DNA from: Campylobacterales bacterium
GTDB taxonomy: Bacteria > Campylobacterota > Campylobacteria > Campylobacterales > QNZT01
Assembly: GCA_027023305.1 (NCBI GenBank)
Contig: JALVVR010000017.1
Location: 27,836-91,835 of the forward strand
Direction: 5' to 3'
Length of the DNA: 64,000 nt
The notes under the pieces are model-generated. The model was not told the origin of the DNA. It did no database searches and saw only the letters and a list, made by a program, of their open reading frames with translations. Of this stretch, positions 40,835-50,330 are shown piece by piece (the first letter of the stretch is position 1; every line of letters begins with the position of its first letter). Made by a program: the position numbers and the translations under genes.

Positions 40835-41458
40835 GTGATTATTTCTTTAAAAAAGAGAGTGGCTTTGGCTACTCTCTTTATACTAATTTTTACTACATCA
40901 CTATTTTCAAATGGCTTTATTTATGATGGTGATAAAAATGTCATTTTAGATAAAGCTATTGTTAAAATGAAACAGATGGGTGATGAGTTATATCAAAAAA
41001 CAGCTGTAACTACTGTACTAGTTGTTAGAAAACATTTAGATAAAAAAGAGTTTTTATCACTAAAAAATAAATATTTAAAAACTGCTAAGAAACCATTTGT
41101 CCTTTGGATTTTTTCAAAAACTTATATGGATAGAAAAAATATTGGTATAAATCAAATGTTTAATTCTCCAGAATTAGACAAAAAGTTTGATAAAGATTCT
41201 CTTTTTAGTCCATTTACTGGTACTTTTACTAGAATTATATCAGTACATAAATCTAAAGTAGATCCAACAAGTGCTGCTTTTATAAATGGTTATGGAGATT
41301 TGGTTGATATGTTAGCTTCATCTTATGGTATAAAGTTAAAATCTTCCATAGGAAATGGTAGTCATATCATGACAGATATTATAAGAATATTTTTCTATGG
41401 TATGTTATTGTTGGTACTATTAAAGTTTTTGTATATGAAATTTAAAAGAAAGGCTTAG
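40835..41458 (+). CDS. Exported/membrane-anchored protein of the cco accessory cluster (possibly TPM-domain-like)
   Basis: GTG 40835 gives VIISLKKRVALATLFILIFTTSLFS (signal-like). There is a C-terminal TM. The track start at 40787 would overlap the micro-ORF. Confidence 0.55.
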   Translation: MIISLKKRVALATLFILIFTTSLFSNGFIYDGDKNVILDKAIVKMKQMGDELYQKTAVTTVLVVRKHLDKKEFLSLKNKYLKTAKKPFVLWIFSKTYMDRKNIGINQMFNSPELDKKFDKDSLFSPFTGTFTRIISVHKSKVDPTSAAFINGYGDLVDMLASSYGIKLKSSIGNGSHIMTDIIRIFFYGMLLLVLLKFLYMKFKRKA

Positions 41459-41459
41459 A

Positions 41460-41954
41460 TTGAACGAGAAAAAAAACAAAGCACTTCACTGGCCGATAGG
41501 TATTTTTTTAGCTATTATGGCTGTTGTTGCTATGGGTGTTTGGACTATAAAAAAAGCAAATGATAACCCAGTAGTTATGGATGAGTTTTACTTTGGAAAA
41601 TATCAAGATGTGGAGTTAAACTATAACAAGATTCAAGAGTCTCAAATAGCTTTTGATAAAAATTATAATTTCTCTTGTAATTTAAATAAGTTAAATATTG
41701 GGGATAATACTTTAACTATAACTATAAGTGATAAATCAAATGCCCCAGTAGAAAATGCTAAAATAATGGTGAAAATTACAAGACCATTTACAAATAAACA
41801 AGATAGAAACTTAAAAGTTATATCTCAAAAAAATGGTGTTTATACATTTCCATCATTTAACATTGACAAAGTGGGTAGATGGCAAATACTTTCAAAAGTT
41901 ACCGTAGGAGATAAAACATCTTTTACAAAAACTGATGTGAATGCTACTAAGTAA
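41460..41954 (+). CDS. FixH/CcoH-like protein
   Basis: 164 aa. N-terminal HWPIGIFLAIMAVVAMGVW anchor; cco context. TTG start. Confidence 0.6.
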   Translation: MNEKKNKALHWPIGIFLAIMAVVAMGVWTIKKANDNPVVMDEFYFGKYQDVELNYNKIQESQIAFDKNYNFSCNLNKLNIGDNTLTITISDKSNAPVENAKIMVKITRPFTNKQDRNLKVISQKNGVYTFPSFNIDKVGRWQILSKVTVGDKTSFTKTDVNATK

Positions 41955-44151
41955 AACCTTACATCTATACTCAACTTCAAGAGCGATAAGAGTTGCTCTT
42001 GAATCGTTTAAAAAACAAAACCAAATCCTACCAAAGCTTTCTACTATTGGTGAGTTTGAACAAAAAGCTATCTTAGTTAAAGATAGAGTCTTTATAGATG
42101 AAGATACAAGAGCTTTACTTCTTCAAAAAGCTTGTGATTTTGATGAGTTTAAAAAGCTTCAAATTCCACTAGAATTTTTGTCATTTTTAAAAAATTATAA
42201 GTTTATATTTTCCTTTTTAGATGAGTTGGCAAATGAGTATATAGATATAGAAAAACTTGAAGAGTTTGATATATACTTGGAGTATAGTGAGCATATAGAA
42301 CTTTTAAAGAGAGTTAAGCAAAACTATGTATCTCTTTTAAATCAAGAAGGCTATATTGACAAAATGCTTCTACCATCTCTTTTTGAACTAAATGAAAACT
42401 ATATAAAAAGTTTTGACAAAATATATCTCTATCTTGATGGTTATCAAACAAAATATGAAGAAAAACTTTTCGAGAAGATTTCTAAGATAGTTGAACTAGA
42501 AGTTATAACTAAAACAATAGAAAGACCACAACAAAATATAAAAGTAGAATCCTTCACCCAACCACTTTTACAAATATCTTTTATAAAACAAAAAGTTTAC
42601 GAGTACTTAAAAAAAGGCATAAAAGCTGAAAATATAGCGATAGTTTTGCCAGAAAAATCTTTTGGATATGAGATAAAAAACTTTGATTATGAAAACAACT
42701 TTAACTTAGCTTTTGGGTATCCTTACTCAAGCTCTTTGCTTTATAAAAAACTAGATGCCCTCTACTCATATCTTAGTGAAAGAACTAAGGAAAATATACA
42801 TAGATACAAAAGATTTATAACTGATGAGTTTAAAGAAAAGGATGATTTTTTTTCATCTTTTGAAAAGTATATAGAAGATGATAAAGATGAAGTTTACGAA
42901 GAGGAAAAGTATCTCTTTATAAAACTACTTCCTCACTTAGAAAGCTATCCATTTCTAAAAAAACTACATCTATTTTTAAACAGACTCTCTAAAAGAAGTC
43001 TTGATGATGTAAAAGGTGGAAAAATAACTATCTTAGAAGTTTTGGAAACTAGAGGGGTAGCTTTTGAAGCCATAATCATACCAAATTTCAACGAAGATGT
43101 AGCTCCTAAAAAAATCAAAAAAGATATGTTTATCTCTTCTGGTATAAGAAAAAAAGTAGGACTTCCAACGATACAAAAAAGAGAAGTGTTACAAAAAAAT
43201 CTTTATAAAAATATCATTTTTCAAGCAAAAGAAGTAGCTATCAGTTATGTTGATGATGAACAAAACTTAAAGTCAAGATTTTTAGATGAGTTAGATTTAA
43301 ATTATGACATACAACTGTTTGACAACAAACTCTACTTAAACTTACTTTTTTCATCAAATCCACAACCTACACAAGAGCAACAGGAAATAATCCTACCTTA
43401 TGACTTTAGTAAAGTAGAGCTATCGTCAAGCAGATTAAAAACCTTTTTAGAGTGTAAGAGGAAGTATTATTATCGTTATATTAAAAAGATTTATGAAGCT
43501 ACTATTCCAAGTGATGAGATAACTCCAAAAGATATTGGGGATTTAGTGCATGATGCACTGTTTGAAGTTTATTCCCAAAAGCCAAAGTTTTTCAACAAAG
43601 ATGAACTTCTCTTAAACTTACAAGAAAAGCTATATCAAAAAATTTCAAACAATATAGTTCTAAAATTTCATATAGATTTATGGCTCAAAAGATTTCACAA
43701 CTTTTGTGAAGTAGAGGTTGAAAGATTTGAAGAGGGATATGAAGTATTTGCCATAGAAAAGCAGATAAAGACAAATTACAGAGGATTAAACTTAACAGGA
43801 AAGATAGACAGGATTGATATAAAAGATCAAAGACTCTATGTGCTTGACTATAAAACTGGAAAAATCCCAAAAACTATCCAAAAAGAGATAAAAGAGGGCA
43901 GGGTAAAAGATTTTCAACTTCAGTTTTATCATCACTTAAGCTCTACTTTAAAAAATACAGCTAACTCTGCTTACTATGAGTTAACCTCTTCAAAGATAGT
44001 AGAAGATAAGTTTTTTGATGAGAAGTTGGAACTTTTAGATACTGTTTTAGATGGACTGAAAAGTATAAAAGAGATAGATTTTTGCTTAACTGAAGATAAG
44101 AACAGTTGTAAATTTTGCCCATATGTCATGATGTGTGGAAGGGATAGCTAA
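41941..44151 (+). CDS. addB: AddB-like PD-(D/E)xK nuclease subunit of the AddAB helicase-nuclease
   Basis: 736 aa. C-terminal DLVHDA, GKIDRID..LDYKTGK and cysteines CKRK...CKFCPYVMMC (Fe-S type). Precedes addA. Confidence 0.78.
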   Translation: MLLSKTLHLYSTSRAIRVALESFKKQNQILPKLSTIGEFEQKAILVKDRVFIDEDTRALLLQKACDFDEFKKLQIPLEFLSFLKNYKFIFSFLDELANEYIDIEKLEEFDIYLEYSEHIELLKRVKQNYVSLLNQEGYIDKMLLPSLFELNENYIKSFDKIYLYLDGYQTKYEEKLFEKISKIVELEVITKTIERPQQNIKVESFTQPLLQISFIKQKVYEYLKKGIKAENIAIVLPEKSFGYEIKNFDYENNFNLAFGYPYSSSLLYKKLDALYSYLSERTKENIHRYKRFITDEFKEKDDFFSSFEKYIEDDKDEVYEEEKYLFIKLLPHLESYPFLKKLHLFLNRLSKRSLDDVKGGKITILEVLETRGVAFEAIIIPNFNEDVAPKKIKKDMFISSGIRKKVGLPTIQKREVLQKNLYKNIIFQAKEVAISYVDDEQNLKSRFLDELDLNYDIQLFDNKLYLNLLFSSNPQPTQEQQEIILPYDFSKVELSSSRLKTFLECKRKYYYRYIKKIYEATIPSDEITPKDIGDLVHDALFEVYSQKPKFFNKDELLLNLQEKLYQKISNNIVLKFHIDLWLKRFHNFCEVEVERFEEGYEVFAIEKQIKTNYRGLNLTGKIDRIDIKDQRLYVLDYKTGKIPKTIQKEIKEGRVKDFQLQFYHHLSSTLKNTANSAYYELTSSKIVEDKFFDEKLELLDTVLDGLKSIKEIDFCLTEDKNSCKFCPYVMMCGRDS

Positions 44152-46877
44152 TGTTTGAGTGCAATCAATGCTTAGAAGCTAGTGCAGGAAGTGGAAAGAC
44201 ATTCGCACTGAGTATTCGGTATGTAAGTCTTTTATATTTAGGTGCTAAACCAGCTTCTATTTTAACCCTAACCTTTACAAATAAAGCCTCTACCGAAATG
44301 CGAGAGAGGATAGTAGCACTTTTAAAAGATTTGGATAAAAAAGAGGTAGAACTTAGCGAAATATCAAGGCTTACAAATCTATCATGTGATGAGATTTTAA
44401 AAAGACAAAAAACTCTCTATAAAGAGTTTCTAAGTTCAACTCTAAACATCTCAACAATAGATAAGTTTAATACTCAGATTTTAAGAAGTTTCTCTTTGTA
44501 TTTATCCTTGATGCCTGATTTTACTCTCAAAGAGGGAGTTGATGAGCATGAGTTTTTAAAGCACTTTTTAAGTGAGATAAAAAAGGAGGGATTATACTCC
44601 CAGCTTATAGATTTTTCAGTTTATGAACAAAAAAGAGTTCAAGAGATATTCTCTTTTTTAAACACACTCAACCAAAAACGAAATGACTTACCAAATATCA
44701 AGATAGCCTCATACAATATAGAGGAGATTAAAAAAGAGGCTTGGAAGAGCTTTACACTTTTAAAAGAGTTATATTTATCTTGCGATAAGTTATCTAAAAG
44801 AGGACAAAATGCTTTTAATCATGAAGATTTAGAGTCTATAATAGCTAGTAGTTGGATAGTAAAAAGCTCACTCTTTGATCATAGTGATTTCAAAAAATGT
44901 TTTAGCGATAGAGCTGATGAACTTTTTTTCGCCCTTAAAGACTCTCTAAGAGAGTATCTAAAGGCTAAAGAGGCTTACTATAAACAAAACTATCTAAAAA
45001 TCTTTGATGTTTACAAAAGAGTAAAAGAGAAGATAAATCTAAAAACAAACACTTTAGAGTTTAATGACATAACTAACTTTGTATATGAACTGTTAGTATC
45101 TAAAAGTATAGATAACTCTTTTTTATACTTTAGACTTGACTCACAAATAGACCATATCTTGATAGATGAGTTTCAAGATACTAGCATCTCGCAGTATAAA
45201 ATCTTAGAGCAACTTATAGAAGAGGTTGTTTCAGGTTTTGGAGTGAAACAAAACAGAAGCTTTTTTTATGTTGGAGATGTGAAACAGTCTATATATAGGT
45301 TTCGTGGAGGAGTAAAAGAGCTTTTTTCTTATGTACAAAAAAAGTTTAATGTAAAAAAAGAACTTTTAAATAAAAACTACCGAAGTTATAAAAAAGTAGT
45401 AGAGTTTGTAAATGAAGTTTTTAGAGAAAAGATAAAAAACTATTTTGACCAAATCCCAAATGCAAAAGAAGATAAGGGATATATAGAATCGTGCCAGAGT
45501 GATGAGTTAGTAGAGCTTGTAGTAGAAAAGGTGTGGTTTTTACTTGAAAGTGGAGTACAGAGTGATGATATAGCTATACTTACATTTGCAAACAAGGATA
45601 CATTTGTTTTTCAAGAAGAGATAAAAAAAACATACCCAGAGATAAAAACAACAACTACAACAACAAAGCTACTTCTAAACTCTATCTCGGTTAAAAAAGT
45701 AATCGAGTTTTTAAAATACCTATACTTTAAAGAGGATTTTTACTTAGCAAACTTTTTAAGTATGATAAATCAAAGCTTAGATACAAAGATAGAGCTAAAC
45801 CACTTCAAGATAGGGAAACCTCTGCCTTACTTGATAAAAGATATTGTAAATTATTTTAAACTATTCGACAAAGATGAGGATATAGTTAAACTTATAGAAT
45901 TATCTTCTACGTACAAAGATATAGATGAGTTTATTTTTAGCTGTGAAAATTTAGATGCAACTTCTCCAAAACAAAAAGAAGAGGGTATAAAACTTTTAAC
46001 TATCCACAAATCAAAAGGCTTAGAGTTTTCTCATGTTATAGTAGCTGATAGACTCTCACAAAAAAGTCCAAACAGAGATAATATGCTCTTTTATTATCAT
46101 GATATAACCCTAAAAGATATGTTTATAAAGTCTAAAAATAGAGAATACTTAGATGATGATTATAGACAAGGAGTTGAAGCGGATAAACTTTTACAAAGAG
46201 ATGATGAGTTAAACACTCTCTATGTAGCTCTAACAAGAGCAGAAAAATCTCTAATAATTTGCCAAAAAGAGAACAAAAGTTCACTATCTATCCTAGGACT
46301 TACCCCAACTTCTTATGGAGAGGTAGAAGCAAGTAAAGAAAAAGAAGAGCCAAAAGAGGAAAAAAGTTTTGAGTATGAACCAATCCACACAGGTTTGCAA
46401 GAAAAATCAAAAAAAGAGCAGGGCAGTGATAAAGATATAAAAGCGATAAACTTTGGATTAGCTCTTCACTTCATGCTAGAAAATCTGCATGAATTTAGTC
46501 TTGATGAGTTAGAGAGTAGCTTTTGGAGCATGAAAAACAGATTTTCACAAAAGCTAGATAGTGAGGATTTAGAAAAAGTAAAACAAAGAGTAAAAAATCT
46601 CTTAACAGATAAAAACTTCCAATCAAAAATAAAAGGAAAAAAACACAAAGAACTCCCTCTAACTTTTAACCAAGAGATAAAACAGTTAGATTTAGTTGTA
46701 GAACATGAAAATAGCTTAACGGTAATAGACTATAAAACAAGCTCTTCACTACAAAAAAGCCATATAAATCAAGTAAAATACTACAAAAAGGCTCTAAAAG
46801 CTATCTTTGAAAAAGAGGTTGAGGGGTATGTTTGTTATGTTAGAGATGATGAGATTGAGATGCTTTTGGTGGAGTAA
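44151..46877 (+). CDS. addA: AddA (UvrD/RecB-type helicase-nuclease)
   Basis: ASAGSGKTF, ILIDEFQDTS and a C-terminal nuclease motif VIDYKTS. Confidence 0.88.
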   Translation: MFECNQCLEASAGSGKTFALSIRYVSLLYLGAKPASILTLTFTNKASTEMRERIVALLKDLDKKEVELSEISRLTNLSCDEILKRQKTLYKEFLSSTLNISTIDKFNTQILRSFSLYLSLMPDFTLKEGVDEHEFLKHFLSEIKKEGLYSQLIDFSVYEQKRVQEIFSFLNTLNQKRNDLPNIKIASYNIEEIKKEAWKSFTLLKELYLSCDKLSKRGQNAFNHEDLESIIASSWIVKSSLFDHSDFKKCFSDRADELFFALKDSLREYLKAKEAYYKQNYLKIFDVYKRVKEKINLKTNTLEFNDITNFVYELLVSKSIDNSFLYFRLDSQIDHILIDEFQDTSISQYKILEQLIEEVVSGFGVKQNRSFFYVGDVKQSIYRFRGGVKELFSYVQKKFNVKKELLNKNYRSYKKVVEFVNEVFREKIKNYFDQIPNAKEDKGYIESCQSDELVELVVEKVWFLLESGVQSDDIAILTFANKDTFVFQEEIKKTYPEIKTTTTTTKLLLNSISVKKVIEFLKYLYFKEDFYLANFLSMINQSLDTKIELNHFKIGKPLPYLIKDIVNYFKLFDKDEDIVKLIELSSTYKDIDEFIFSCENLDATSPKQKEEGIKLLTIHKSKGLEFSHVIVADRLSQKSPNRDNMLFYYHDITLKDMFIKSKNREYLDDDYRQGVEADKLLQRDDELNTLYVALTRAEKSLIICQKENKSSLSILGLTPTSYGEVEASKEKEEPKEEKSFEYEPIHTGLQEKSKKEQGSDKDIKAINFGLALHFMLENLHEFSLDELESSFWSMKNRFSQKLDSEDLEKVKQRVKNLLTDKNFQSKIKGKKHKELPLTFNQEIKQLDLVVEHENSLTVIDYKTSSSLQKSHINQVKYYKKALKAIFEKEVEGYVCYVRDDEIEMLLVE

Positions 46878-46928
46878 GTATTTTTTATATTTTTAAGATA
46901 GTATCACGAAAAATTATTAGGAATACAG

Positions 46929-47568
46929 ATGAAAATTATAATATTACTATATATCATAATCATAACTCTATTTGCAAACAGCACTAAACTATACAAAACT
47001 TGCCATCCGATAATATATAGTGAGTTCCAACACTCTATTCATACTATTCATAAAAAATCATCTCCAAAACTAGACAAAGTACATAATACAGTGGAGTTTA
47101 CACTCTCTAAAGAAAAAAGATGATTACAAATGTGCAAAATGCCACACACCAAATGGTGAAGAAAATGTAAACTGCTTCTCATGTCATACTATAAAAAATA
47201 TAGAAAAACACCAAAAAACAAATACTAATATTTACGAAAAGAAACCAAAATTTTTTTACTCTGCCCAAAAAGGAAGTGAAAACAAAAAGCTCACATACAA
47301 AAAAACAAGCAAGTTTTTTGGACTCATAGAAGAGAGTGAAGGCTCTCCATATCATGATATAGACTATACAAACAAAATCTTTTATGATGATTCAGTTTGT
47401 ATGGGATGCCACTCTCATAAACAAAACTCTCACAAGTTTACAGTTTGTAAAACAGCTTCGTTAAATGATAAAAAACAAAATAGCATAACTTGCCACATGC
47501 CAAAAGTAAAAGGGAGTGCAACAATGTTTACTCCTTTAAAAAGATTGCACATAAATATAGATGAGTAG
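46929..47568 (+). pseudogene. Multihaem cytochrome c gene split by a +1 frameshift
   Basis: Frame 0 (46929-47123) encodes a signal peptide plus KTCH and stops at TGA 47121. Frame +1 is open from 47074 to TAG 47566-47568 and carries CAKCH (47131), CFSCH (47173), CMGCH (47398) and TCH. An A6 run at 47113-47118 lies in the overlap. Confidence 0.65.
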
Positions 47569-47652
47569 TTATATTTGACTACTCACTTAAGTTAAAGCTA
47601 AGCTAGCTTTTTATATACTTTGAAATACAAAGTACTTTTTAAAGGAAATAAC

Positions 47653-48255
47653 ATGAGCGAAAAAGAGGAAGCCTTAAACCAACTTAATCAAATCCACTCA
47701 ACTCTAGTAGATAAAGAGAAGTTTTTACCATATAACTACAATATTCTCATACTCTGGGGAGTTATAGCAGGGATTCTGTTTTTAACTTATGAAGAGGTTG
47801 CAAATATAAATCTTTTCTATGGTGTAGGATATATATTGGGATTTATTTTACTTGGATCTGGTGTAGAGTTCTACTTCATGAAGCAAGAAAATAAAAAGTA
47901 TGATTTATCAACATTAACAAAAACTCAAAAATTTATAGAATCAATATATGGGCTTAATACTATATTTGGAGTAATGATTACTTATCTACTTATTTCTAAT
48001 TCTTTAATAGAATACAGCTATATAGTTTGGATTTTTATCTTAGGATTAAACAAATATATGGTCGGTTTTGCAACAAATCTCAAAAAGTTTAGCTATGTAG
48101 GTATCATAAATATAATCATAGCTTTTCTACTTTTTTCAGCAACTTTATATGGGATAGAGACTAAAGAAGTAGGAAAGTATTTGGCAGTGATTTTTGTAAG
48201 TGGGGGTTGTATCTATCTTGGATTGGCATTAAAAAAAGAGCAAAAAAGTGTTTAA
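47653..48255 (+). CDS. Polytopic membrane protein of unknown function
   Basis: ATG 47653 with an AAGGA SD is preferred over the track's TTG 47620. Several TM helices. Confidence 0.6.
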   Translation: MSEKEEALNQLNQIHSTLVDKEKFLPYNYNILILWGVIAGILFLTYEEVANINLFYGVGYILGFILLGSGVEFYFMKQENKKYDLSTLTKTQKFIESIYGLNTIFGVMITYLLISNSLIEYSYIVWIFILGLNKYMVGFATNLKKFSYVGIINIIIAFLLFSATLYGIETKEVGKYLAVIFVSGGCIYLGLALKKEQKSV

Positions 48256-48529
48256 TCCCACTCTACATCAACCGATTCGATCTAACCTAATGGCTCTTTT
48301 GATAAGAGAGGGAGAACTACCTTTTAAAGCTATAAAAGAGGAGCTAAATCTTACAGATGGAAACTTGGCTAGTCATATAAAAAAACTTGAAGCTGAAGAG
48401 TTAGTAGAGGTAGAGAAGTTTTTTGAAGGGAAAAAACCAAAAACAGTTTTGAAGGTAACTCACAGAGGAAAAGATGAGTTTAAAAAATATATTAAGCAGT
48501 TAAAACAATTTATAGGAGATTTGTCATGA
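48248..48529 (+). CDS. Winged-helix transcriptional regulator (ArsR-like small wHTH)
   Basis: 93 aa. LHQPIRSNLMALL...LTDGNLASHIKKLEAEELVEV. Confidence 0.75.
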   Translation: MFNPTLHQPIRSNLMALLIREGELPFKAIKEELNLTDGNLASHIKKLEAEELVEVEKFFEGKKPKTVLKVTHRGKDEFKKYIKQLKQFIGDLS

Positions 48530-49275
48530 AAAAGATTTTAAGTTTAGCATTAGTAGCAGTTAGTCTGTTTGCACTTACAAATGAAGAGGTAGCAAAGAAA
48601 AGTGATGAGGTAACAAGTGGCTTTAAAAGTAGTAGTTCTACTCTTGTCATGACACTCATCAACCAATCAGGAGAGCAAACAGTACGGCAAATGAAAGGAA
48701 AAACCTTAGAAAAAAGTGGAGGGGACAAATCTCTTATTGAGTTTATCTCTCCAGCAGATGTAAAAGGAACTAAACTTTTAACTTATGAGCATATTGGTGG
48801 GGATGATGACCAGTGGCTTTATCTTCCAGCATTAAAAAGAGTAAAAAGGATAGCTAGTTCAAACAAATCAGGCTCATTTATGGGAAGTGAGTTTAGCTAT
48901 GAAGATATATCAAATCCAAACTACAAAAAGTTTAGTTATCCAGGAAATTTGAGTGAAGAGAGCTTTAAGGGAAAAGTATGCTACAAAGGTGTGAGGATAC
49001 CAAAGTATGCAAATAGTGGATATACAAAAGAGATTAGTTGGATAGATAAGAAAAACTTTTTAGTCCAAAAAGTAGAGTATTTCGATAGAAAAAGTGAGCT
49101 TTTAAAAACTGCTGTTTTTAGTGAGTATAAAAAGCTAAATGGAGTTTGGAGAACTGGAAAGATTGTCATGACAAATCACCAGAGTGGTAAAAAAACTATC
49201 CTAGAGTGGAGAGATGACAAAGTAAATGTAGGTTTAAGTGATAAAGACTTTACAAAAAGAGTACTAAAAAGATGA
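48526..49275 (+). CDS. Outer-membrane lipoprotein-sorting (LolA-like) protein
   Basis: Signal peptide. DQWLYLPALKRVKRIASSNKSGSFMGSEFSYEDI. Confidence 0.8.
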   Translation: MKKILSLALVAVSLFALTNEEVAKKSDEVTSGFKSSSSTLVMTLINQSGEQTVRQMKGKTLEKSGGDKSLIEFISPADVKGTKLLTYEHIGGDDDQWLYLPALKRVKRIASSNKSGSFMGSEFSYEDISNPNYKKFSYPGNLSEESFKGKVCYKGVRIPKYANSGYTKEISWIDKKNFLVQKVEYFDRKSELLKTAVFSEYKKLNGVWRTGKIVMTNHQSGKKTILEWRDDKVNVGLSDKDFTKRVLKR

Positions 49276-50330
49276 AGAAGTTAGCCCTCTTAACTCTTTT
49301 TACTCTCTCACTTTTTTCTTGGGAGAGTAGGGGGAATATCTCACTTGAAAAGACAAAGTTTTACTCTCCATCAAAAACTGCATCAGCTATAAGAGGAGAT
49401 TTAGAACTTAAAAACAAAGGTTTAACTGTAAGCTTAAAAGCTGTTTCTGATAGCAAAGATACAAAAAGAAGATATATAGACCTGCAAGAGTTAAACTATA
49501 CCTTCTCATCTGGAGATTATGATTTTTCAGTAGGAAAGAGTATAAAATTTTGGGGAAGTTTGGAGCTTCACAACTTAACAGATGTCTTTAATCAAAAAGA
49601 TATACTTGATGATATAACCGACGAGGATAAAAAGCTTGGTAGCTGGAATATCTCTGCTTCTAAATATATAGATGATGATGAACTCTCACTTATAGTAAAA
49701 CTAAAAGAGGAGTATCAAGACTACTCTAAAAAAGGTTATACAAAGTATTTCAAAAGTGAAAAGAGTAGATACCATCCAACTATCTTTTTAAAGTATAGTG
49801 GAAGTGAGGGAGATAGGGATTTTGCTTATATCTTGATGAGTGGATATGATAGTTTTCGAGATACTATCTTTGATAAAGGGGAGTTAAAAAGCTACCTTTA
49901 CTTGGCAAACAAGTTTTTGACTTATCAAACCCTAGTCCAAGGAGATACTATCTATAAAGCAGAGTTTGCATATACAGATGTGAAAAATTATGGTGCAATA
50001 AAAGATTATTATGAGTATGGGGTAGGGGTTGAAAAGACTTTTTACTCTGTTTGGAATAAAAAAGATTTGGGAGTTTTGACTGAGTATTATAAAAGTGATA
50101 TAAATAAAAAGATTATATATCAAAATGACCTATTTATAGGAGCAAGATTTAGTTTCAACGATGCATCAAGTAGTGAGATAGTGGGTGGAGTTATAAGAGA
50201 TTTTGATAGCGATAAAAATTCATATTTACTAGAGGTAAAAAAGAGAATCTTTGATAAATATATGCTAAACATAAGATATATAAAAGATGAGGTAAAACAG
50301 TTTAGAGTAAATGTGGGGTATTATTTTTAA
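49272..50330 (+). CDS. Putative outer-membrane beta-barrel protein
   Basis: Signal peptide, an alternating pattern, and a C-terminal ...VNVGYYF. Confidence 0.5.
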   Translation: MKKLALLTLFTLSLFSWESRGNISLEKTKFYSPSKTASAIRGDLELKNKGLTVSLKAVSDSKDTKRRYIDLQELNYTFSSGDYDFSVGKSIKFWGSLELHNLTDVFNQKDILDDITDEDKKLGSWNISASKYIDDDELSLIVKLKEEYQDYSKKGYTKYFKSEKSRYHPTIFLKYSGSEGDRDFAYILMSGYDSFRDTIFDKGELKSYLYLANKFLTYQTLVQGDTIYKAEFAYTDVKNYGAIKDYYEYGVGVEKTFYSVWNKKDLGVLTEYYKSDINKKIIYQNDLFIGARFSFNDASSSEIVGGVIRDFDSDKNSYLLEVKKRIFDKYMLNIRYIKDEVKQFRVNVGYYF

